A stretch of 64,000 bases of DNA, taken from assembly GCA_025558095.1 (NCBI GenBank), contig JAIVFI010000036.1, forward strand, positions 1-64,000, read 5' to 3'. The notes below the pieces were generated by a model. That model did not search any database. It had not been told where the DNA came from and saw nothing but the letters and a program-made list of their open reading frames with translations. Origin of the DNA: Hyaloraphidium curvatum SAG 235-1. Its lineage: Eukaryota; Fungi; Monoblepharomycota. The position numbers and the translations under genes were made by a program. This document shows, piece by piece, positions 58,243 to 64,000 of this stretch; position 1 is the first letter of the stretch; each line of letters begins with the position of its first letter.

Positions 58243-59807
58243 ATGGATTCCGGCGGCGGTCCCGTCTCCCCTCCTCCTCTCCTCCAACCGAGCGCGTCTT
58301 CGCTGTCGCCGACCGCGTGGCTCTGTCTCTTCCCAAACGCGACGCCGGCCCCCTCCGTGCCGCCGCTCGACGCGGCCCCCGCGGACCCGGCCGCCGACGC
58401 GCGTCTCGCGTCGCCCCTCGACGCGGCCGCTGCCGCGGAACTCATGCGGTCGGGTGGCCGCCCGGCGATGGCCCGAATCATCCGTGCCGCGGGCGACCAG
58501 CGGCTGCTCTATCCGATCGCGTGCGCGCTGGAACTCCTGGCGATCGGGCTGGCCCTCGTCGCGTTCGCGTGGACGGGAACCAACGCGGGCGTCCCGCCGT
58601 TCGGGCCGCCCTCGTCGAGGGCCGCCGCGGGGGCCGCCGCCGCGGCAATCCTTGCGCTGGCGCCCGAGGTGTACATGTGCTGCGACCTGCTCTTGCGCGC
58701 GGCGGGGTTCACCACGTACGACCGCACTGCTTTCGGGGTCCTGTGCCGGTGGCGCCAGCTCGTTGAGGAAACTGAGGCAGCCACAAAGGACCTCAAACTG
58801 GAAGAGGCCGGGGCAGTAAGGGGCGAGACCCCGTCGCCGCTGATCCAGCATGATCCCGGCGACGCCCTCTGCCCGTGCCCGTCGGACTGTTGCGGTGGGG
58901 GCCTTTTCCTTCGCGGCGACGCCACGGAGCGGCTGATGAGCACCGTGCTGTTGCCCCTGCCGCTGATCTGCGTGTTCTTCTTTGCCCTCTGGACCCCTCT
59001 TGTGACGCTTGCCGGGCGGTTTTGGGGCTCCTGGGGCGCCGTCGGGGCGGCCGGCTGCATCCTGATGGTCCTTGTGCGGCTCGGGCTGTTCGCGCCTATC
59101 CGGAACCTGGTTTCGCACACGGTCAGCAGCGCCTCGCTGTCGCGGCGCCTGTACCGCAGGGCGCTGGCCATGTCCCTGCGGAGCTTCCTCCAGCGGTACC
59201 GCGCCCGCCTGGCCCCCGGACCCGGCGGCGCATCGGACGACCCCGGCGCAGCCGAATTCATGTGCAAGCCGCCGGCCTCGGAACTCCACGTGAGCCTCTG
59301 CCAGCTCTGGATCCGCGGCCTCGGCGCCTACAACGGCTTCTTCCAGCGCCTGATGGCCTGCACCCTCGCGTGCCTGGTCCTCTCCCTCCTGATCACCCTG
59401 GCCTCGGGGCCCTGCATCTCCGCCTACCAGATCCTCGGCGCCGCCGCGGTCCTGTCCAGGGTGACGTACGAGATGCTCGTCTACGCCGCGTACAACGGCC
59501 AGGCCGACGACGTCGTGTCCCTCTGCTCCGAGGCCCTCGAAGCCCTAGCCTCCATCGCCGGCGAAGCGGCGTGCGCCAGCGCACCGGACCACGCGGCGCT
59601 GGCCTCGATCCGCGCGCACGAGAAGCTACTTGCGCTGTTCGTCGCGCGGGCGGACCGGAGGAGGACAGGCTGTTCGGCAGGAGCATCGACGGGGCGTCGG
59701 TGAGGAGGTTCGCGGCGGGGGCGGCGACGGTGGGGCTGGCGGCGGTGGGCGCGCTGAGGGGGTTCGGGGCGGTGATCACGGTCGAGAACGTGTGTCCGCT
59801 GTCGTGA
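58243..59807 (+). CDS. 7-TM family protein (GRL/7TM-ion-channel-like), copy 4; one frameshift near 59663 just before TM7
   Basis: WLCLFP; DPAADAR; LCRWRQLV; HDPGDALCPCPSDCCGGG; GPCISAY; EMLVYAAYN; DRLFGRSIDGASVRRFAAGAATV...ENVCPLS*. Confidence 0.72.
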
Positions 59808-59948
59808 TGCGAGGGCGGTCCTCGGTGGTTCGAGCTGCAACAACTGATCTACTTGAACAACCACATTTGCCACCAGCACGAAACCAAAAGGTCTCCAACG
59901 CCACTGTTCAGCGATTCCTCTCTCCCTTTTCATCTCCTCCCCTCCTGC

Positions 59949-60902
59949 TCACCCGCTGTACGGCGGCGGGTCTTCGAACACGAACGGCGGCGGCCCCTCG
60001 AACGGCGGCGGCAGGCTGCCTCTCCTCGCCGCATCGGCCGCCTGCGCGGCGCCGTCCGCGGCCCCCGCAAAGGGCACCGTCTTGCGGACCGCCAGCCCGT
60101 TTGCGGCAGCCCAGCGGAACGGCGCCTCGCCAAAGTTGACGGCCACCACCGCGGAGCCGTCGCTCGCCACCACGGCGCACAGCGGCGGGTCGGCCGGCAG
60201 CCGCCCGACCGTCCCCGCGTCCGGGTTCGGCGCCATCCCGAATCCCGATGAGCCCATGATCCGCCCGTCGCGGGTGTAAAACACCGCGCGCTCGCCCCCG
60301 ACGAGCTTCGTGCCGCAGCCGATCACGGTGCCCTGGGCGAGCACGATCGGCGCGGCGAACTTGTGGCCCTGCCTCGAGCCGGCGTGCAGCGGGCCCGTGG
60401 TGGCGTAGCCGATGGAGCCGGCGTCCCAGCCGGGGAAGCGGAAGGGCGGCCAGGGGCCCGGGGCGACGCCGACGCCCACGCACCGGTCCGGCCGCAGCGC
60501 GAGGATTTCGACCTCGAAGTACGAGTACTCGGGTCCCCACGGCGAGGCGACGGCGAGCGACGTGTGCGCGGAGAAGGCCGACGCCGACGCCGGGGCCGGG
60601 AACCGCAGCACGTGGTACGGCAGGATGGCGGGCGCGGCAAAGTGCTCCGACGCGGCGGCGACGACGTCGGCCGCGGCGACGGCGTCCGAAATGCGCACGC
60701 CCTCGAAGGTAAACAGCGAGGGGTCGCTCGGCGGCGGCGCCGACAGCGCCGACGTCCACGGCGGGTGCGCGGCGCGCCACGCGGCCGCCTGCTTTGCGGG
60801 GCCGCTGTCGTCCGGGGCGTCCTCCGCGCGGTCGTAGCGCCGCTGGCCGCTCGGCCGCGTCGGCTTGCTGGCGCCGACCTGCGGCACCGTGCCCATCATC
60901 AT
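59949..60902 (-). CDS. SPRY-domain protein, Ssh4/Ear1-like, with C-terminal PPxY motif
   Basis: YFEVEI, VGVG, PPFRFPGW..SIGY, GTVIGCG, VFYTRDG, VNFGEAPF; ends DPPPYSG; start codon uncertain. Confidence 0.78.
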   Translation of the reverse strand: MMMGTVPQVGASKPTRPSGQRRYDRAEDAPDDSGPAKQAAAWRAAHPPWTSALSAPPPSDPSLFTFEGVRISDAVAAADVVAAASEHFAAPAILPYHVLRFPAPASASAFSAHTSLAVASPWGPEYSYFEVEILALRPDRCVGVGVAPGPWPPFRFPGWDAGSIGYATTGPLHAGSRQGHKFAAPIVLAQGTVIGCGTKLVGGERAVFYTRDGRIMGSSGFGMAPNPDAGTVGRLPADPPLCAVVASDGSAVVAVNFGEAPFRWAAANGLAVRKTVPFAGAADGAAQAADAARRGSLPPPFEGPPPFVFEDPPPYSG

Positions 60903-62071
60903 CGTGGCGGTCTTTGGGGGTGGACTGCGCGGGAGGGCGTGGGAGGCACAAAGCGGCGAGGCGAGTGAGGGATTGGGCGGCCGCGGGCCCCGATCGCCGA
61001 TGCGGCCCGCCAGAACTCCGGAACGGAAGGCAGGAAATGCCTCGCCGGGAAAGTCGGCGCGGATTCCGTATCCAACCCACTCTTGCGTCCTACATCCAGG
61101 CTGCGGCAGCGCTCGCACGAACACTATTTCAACGATCGCGGGCGTGGCGTTCGCGACTCCCTCACGAAGCTCTTGCGCCGCCATTTCCCGTCGTACGAGT
61201 CGTTGTTCTGCTCCACCAAATGGTTGGAAAATGCGTCGGCAAGCTTCGAACAGACCACGCGATACAGGATCTGGGCTAGCGATCCGGGCTTTGCCGAACG
61301 GGGGGCACACTCCGCGGAACCCTCACCACGGCGCCTCGGCCCGCCCTTCTCCCGCCCGCGGAGCTAGTAGTCCGAAGTCGGCGGTGGCGAAGTCGGCGGT
61401 GGCGGCTCCGCCGCGGGCTGCCACTGCACATTGACCCCGATCGCCGGAAGCTCCGGCAGCCCGCTGAGGGCCCGCCACGCGGCGTGCTCAGGGCCGCTGC
61501 CCTCGATGCCGACGATCGATACCTTTCCCACACGTTCCCTGACGGAGACAATCACGCGGACGAAGGCGGTGTCGGGGATGCAGGGGCGGAGGTCGCGGAG
61601 CTCCAGCAGTTCGGCGCTCGGGACGCCGCGGAGCAGAACCGCGGTGGGCAGGCGGCGGAGGGCCAACCTCCTGAAACGGGACCCGAGGAGCGCGTCCCAA
61701 AGATGGCCGGGCACCGTTTTCGCGGCGCCGCAGAAAAGCGTTTTCGCCGGACTCAGAACTTCCCCCGACAGCCGCGCTGAAGGCCTGAGCCCAAACCTCG
61801 ACCAGCGCATCGTCGGATCGGACCGTCAGAGGCCCGGGAAGTGAGCTCTAAGGGATGTCCGTCAGGCGCGGTTCGAAACCCGCCGACCTGACCGCTGCTC
61901 CGGGACTTGTTATCCAGATGGGCGCAGCGTCATCGTGGCTGGGGCTGGACCCGCCTTCCAAACGGAGAATCGCCCTGCGCAAAGCCGTGCCTCGCCCGTC
62001 AGCGTCCCCGTCGCCGACAGGCCGTCAACCGGCACCGACCCGCGCGGCCCCCCAGCGAAGTCCGCGCCGCC

Positions 62072-64000
62072 ATGGCCCGCCGCGCCGTCCTCACCGCCGC
62101 CGTCGCGCTCGCGGCCCTCGCCGTCCTCTGCACCGTCGGGCGGGCGACGGCCTCCCCCCGCCGCCCCCTTCCGCCCACCCACGTGGCCGATCAGGAGAGG
62201 CTCAACAAGCGCCGCGGCGCGGCCCTCGGGCCCCGCGCGCCCGCGCCCAGGCCCGACAGGGGTCAGGGCGGCGCCGGCGCCCCGCCGGCCATCTACGGCG
62301 GCACGAACGTAGACTCTGTCGACAAGTACCCGTTTTTTGTGTCGCTCTACGCGGACCTTGGCGAGGTCGACGATGGCGGGAATCCCGTGCTTCAATTGTT
62401 TTGCGGCGGCACGCTGATACAGCCCCGCGTCGCCCTGACGGCCGGTAGGGCTCGCAACGGCCCGGTGCACCGCATCGCGTCCTCATGCTTCGGCAGCCCA
62501 CTGTGTCGACTTCTGGGAATCCGCAGGTGTCATCCGTAGCGTCGTTCAAGTCGGCCGCGTCAATAGGACCAAGACCGTCCAAGAGGAGGGCGCTTGGGAG
62601 TTCAACGTCACCAGCGTCGACATCCATCCCGATTACGGCCAGGGGGGCTTTAAGACCAACGACGTCGCCCTCTTGTACCTTTCCGAACCCACCATCAGCG
62701 GCTCTGGGAGCCTCGCGACTGTCGCCATTAGCTATTCGGAAGACGACCCGGCACCCAACACGACCACCACGGCGATTGGCTTCGGTATGGCGAACACCAC
62801 CGCCAACGGCTTTTTCGAGTCCCCAGCAGTTGGGTTTCCCATGGTGCGTCGTCCCTGACCTGCAACGAACTGTCCCGAGTCAAAGATATCCGCTCGTCTA
62901 CAGATCCTGCAGGAGGTCAATTTGACGGCAAGATCGAACGATGACTGCATCACGAACTTCTTCCAGTTCTACATCCCACAAAACATGCTTTGGACAGCGG
63001 AAAATCACCACCCCAGCTACCTCTGCGCCGGTGATCCCCCCAAGGACACATGCCAGGGCGACTCGGGCGGCCCTTTGCTGCAGTACTCGGACAGCGGGGT
63101 GCTTGAACAGGTCGGAATCACGAGCTGGGGTCCCACGTGCGGCCTGACGTACACTGTCTACTCGCGGCTGTCCTACCTGCGGCCGTGGATCGAGTTTTCC
63201 CTGAGCGTCGCAAACGGCTCCGTGACCGCGACGACGCAGACCACCGCCACGACGACGTCCTCGGCATCCAGGACGCCCTCGGTGAGGCTGCTTCTTGTTC
63301 GCCATCCTGTCCCGCTGACCACGCTTCCGTCTCAAGGCCACCTCCACGACGTCGCCCACCGAAACCAGGACCTGGGTATGGCTGCTTCTTGTTCGCCGGC
63401 CTCCCCTGCTGACCCAGCTTCCGTCTCGAGGCCACCGCCACGCCAGACCCGGGAGTCGCGCGCTACTGCTCAGTCGTGGATGCGGATGTGTTCTCGTCCG
63501 AGCCCCGTTACTTCGTGCTTCTTGTTGAGAACACCGACCCGGTCGGCGGTGTGAGGAACGTGGAGCTCTACTTCGACACGCCTTCCCTGCCCTCGGCAGA
63601 CGTGGGGATATTCAGCAACCGCTCCATCGTCGCGGGGTTTCCCGAGGGGTTTCTCTTCCGGTCGGCACCGGCCAACGGCTGCGGAGCTCGCCCCGCCAGC
63701 GAGCCCCTGGTCTTTACCGACAGCGCGGTTCTCCCCTTCGTCACCGACATGGTCATTAACTTGGTCAATGACTTGGGCCTGACTGTCGATGAAGCATGTT
63801 TCGGCGACAGCTACCGTCCCACGAACCCTTTGGCGCTGCTCCTTCCTGACCGGGCGAGCGGTGCAGTCGGCACTTATGTCCTCAGCGTGACGATCAGAGA
63901 CGCCGAGGGTTTCCTGCATCTGAACTCGTGGTGCATCTCGTTCGGCCCGTTCGTGCCGGGAACCTCGGCTATGCTCCCCACCATCACGGAGACGGTCACG
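62072..64000 (+). CDS. Secreted trypsin-like serine protease (S1) with T-rich linker and C-terminal P-domain-like module; spliced, runs off the window
   Basis: Signal peptide; IYGG; FCGGTLI..ALTAAHC (across an intron); NDVALL; DTCQGDSGGPL; GITSWG; downstream YRPTNPL...GTYVLSVTIRD..LNSWCISF. Confidence 0.88.

Noticed and set aside
61364-61950. Possible decayed F-box-like gene on the minus strand (LTDIPLEL...)
   Set aside because: Fragmentary, with inconsistent frames and no confident family assignment
1-64000. rRNA, tRNA and transposon/retroelement genes
   Set aside because: None recognised by eye; a tRNAscan/Infernal/RepeatMasker run is needed to exclude small or degenerate elements

Overview
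This window is GC-rich eukaryotic DNA, not prokaryotic. It is gene-dense, with short (~50-75 nt) GT..CTGAC/CTAAC..AG introns. Gene content (CE4 chitin deacetylase, ADP1-like ABCG transporter, DHA1 MFS, Ssh4/Ear1-like SPRY protein) points to a fungus, probably an early-diverging chytrid/monoblepharid-type lineage; this is inference. About 30 genes can be supported: TPT transporter, alpha/beta hydrolase, Gfo/Idh/MocA oxidoreductase, four SDRs, two PhyH dioxygenases, two tandem CAMK-like kinases, RING, MYND, F-box-like and SPRY proteins, NUDIX, a beta-lactamase-family hydrolase, trypsin and several secreted modular proteins. The main finding is a dispersed family of 7-TM proteins: four near full-length copies (22845-24396, 39644-41212, 49845-51296, 58243-59807) plus a relic (~19560-19930). 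Their helix spacing and TM7 motif resemble insect gustatory/odorant-receptor-like 7TM ion channels (GRL/DUF3537 superfamily). They carry a His/Cys loop motif and show birth-and-death frameshifting. Other oddities: DFA-type kinases, tandemly duplicated intron/micro-exon units, P-domains fused to a trypsin and to a non-protease surface protein, paired secreted proteins with K/R/T-rich tails, gene-conversion-like mosaicism between the PhyH copies, and several PTS1-like C-termini. Gene coordinates are spans that include introns and were read by eye.
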